Source of the DNA: Callorhinchus milii
Taxonomy: Eukaryota
Reading direction: 5' to 3'
Assembly: GCF_018977255.1 (NCBI RefSeq)
Contig: NW_024704742.1
Location: 7,628,001 to 7,692,000 of the forward strand
DNA length: 64,000 nucleotides
The notes below the pieces were generated by a model. That model searched no databases. It was given only the letters and a program-made list of their open reading frames with translations, and had not been told where the DNA came from. The stretch's first letter is position 1. Each line of letters opens with the position of its first letter. The translations under genes were made by a program, and so were the position numbers. Positions 62,322-64,000 of this stretch are shown one piece after another.

Positions 62322-62500
62322 AATAATAATAATAAATTGGTCACTTGAATGCACGACTGTTTGTGAGACTTTGCTGTGACCAATTGGCTGCTGCCAAATA
62401 TATAGTTAATTTGCTTTACAGTATATTCTGTGAAGCGCATTGAGATGTCTCAAAGACGTGATAAGGCGCTATATCAAATGCAAGGATTATTATTATTATT
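62322..62500 (+). mobile_element. SINE 3' half
   Basis: Tail consensus with (att)n. Confidence 0.82.
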
Positions 62501-63457
62501 TTACCCCATGTCATGTCAACTATGCATGGTCCAAAGACCACAAGAGGAAGGAGTTGCTTTCTAAGTGTGATGTGTAATTTAGAAATGCAAAAGTGAAGAA
62601 GGCATCAGAGGGTTCTTTAACAATAGTAGGGAGAATAATATCATGGTGTGTCTTGAGCCTTCTCAAGGGAGACTTCCGTATCTTTAAGAGAATCCTGTAA
62701 TAAGTCAGCATTTGTGTTTTCTGCAAAGTCATAGATAGACCAGTGGTTTGATAAGACAGCTGATCATGTTGCTTAATCTGTGAGCAACCAATTCACTGAA
62801 GCTGTGCACGATTAATAATCGGACAGAATAAAATATACAACATCTCTTCACCTTTGCCTAAACCTTATATTATTGATGGTCACAATGCTTTGCTAATTTT
62901 CTGCAAGCTCTGCTCTCGCTGCTGCGAGTAGAGCCCATGTCTGACAGCTAATCGATAAGTTCTTGAGCTTTCCAGTCACCCTGCTTCACAGCCATCTGTA
63001 AAGCAGACTATTTGCAGCACATGTTAAAGCCGTTGCCAAGCAAACTCCTGTAGGCTTGATGAGAATTTTAGTGCTTCATAATGCATGCACAGCTAAACTG
63101 CACATATTTGTGGAAGTATACCGGGTTAACGATTCTCTACTGCCAATAATTTTGCCCTCACTCATAGTTTAGGGTTCCGTAAATCCTCCCAATCAGTTCT
63201 CTCCGACAAGGTCATCGCCACTCATGATTTAAGTCAAAAATATTCAAAACAAAGTTAACAGAAGCAGATTAAATAACGTAAAGGTTATTCTCACTTCCTT
63301 TTAAGCTGCTACAATTTTTGTGTGTCATTTTCTTGAGGAATGACACACAACGAGCAAGGGGTTCCTGTATTCACTTTTACCATTTACTCACTCTTTAGAA
63401 GAAACACAAACTTATACTGCCCGTAGATCCAAATGCTCACCTGGAACGAAAATGCTA

Positions 63458-63975
63458 AATAATAAATCTTGCATTTGTTCCACTACCTTTCACGTCGCGA
63501 GGACATCTCAAAACGCTTCGCTACACTTTTAGTGTGTGTCTTGTGCGTATTTGCTGGCCAGGCGCAAGTGCCGATTTGCGCTCGGCAATGTTCCACGAAC
63601 AGCCATGAAGTGAATGACTAATTATATTTGGGGAACGTTGGCCAGGACAATTGGGACAATCTCTTTTCCTGAATAATAATAACGTTAATAATACTTGCAC
63701 TTGATATAGCGCCCTATCACATCGTTGAGACGTCTCAAAGCGCTTCACAGAATATATCGTATAGTGGGTTGACTGTATATTTTGTGGGCGAAACGCGGCA
63801 GCCAATTGGACCCAGTAGTGTCCCACAAACAGTCGTGGATTGAGTGAATCTTTTTTGAACTGTGGCATGGAATCTTTAACTTCCATCTGACAGGACCTCG
63901 GTTTAACATTTCATCCAAAGGACAGTGCCTCCAGCAAGGCAGTACATCCTCAGCATTACATTGGTGTCTGAACCT
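63458..63975 (-). mobile_element. Old Deu-domain SINE with a younger SINE tail (~63672-63848) nested inside
   Basis: The Deu core is split: ...gttggccaggacaattgggac... before the insert and ggcatggaatctttaacttccatctgacaggacctcggtttaac after it. Confidence 0.72.
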
Positions 63976-64000
63976 ATACCAAACCAGTTCAAAGACCTGA

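Larger units (their letters stand above)
37941..64000 (-). other. EPHA5: 3' part of EPHA5 intron 3 (>26 kb; ligand-binding exon lies beyond the window)
   Basis: No Eph ligand-binding-domain ORF in the track or seen by eye; repeat-rich non-coding sequence upstream of the exon 4 acceptor. Confidence 0.75.

Overview
Vertebrate genomic DNA, most likely from a cartilaginous fish. This is inferred from the repeat families (Deu-domain SINEs, shark-type CR1/L2 tails, a Penelope-type end motif) and not from any database search. The whole window lies inside one minus-strand gene, an EphA receptor tyrosine kinase that best matches EPHA5. Four coding exons are visible, all with canonical AG/GT boundaries and matching phases: 37785-37940 (Cys-rich/EGF-like, absent from the ORF track in its coding frame), 35120-35455 (FN3-1), 2581-2705 and 941-1100 (FN3-2). 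Exon numbers 4-7 follow the vertebrate EphA layout. The ligand-binding, transmembrane and kinase exons are not seen in the window. The rest is intronic and full of retroposons: a modular tRNA-headed SINE family in several subfamilies, older Deu-domain SINEs, and CR1 and L2 LINE fragments. Nearly all other ORF-track entries are repeat-derived noise. Most interesting observations: (1) a SINE 16 nt past the exon-7 donor that could supply a stop codon and poly(A) signal for a soluble EphA5 ectodomain; (2) a degenerate hammerhead-ribozyme motif in a Penelope-like insert; (3) fossils of SINE head/tail module swapping; (4) inverted repeats bracketing frame-preserving exon blocks (circRNA or skipping candidates). 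Repeat coordinates were read by eye and are approximate.
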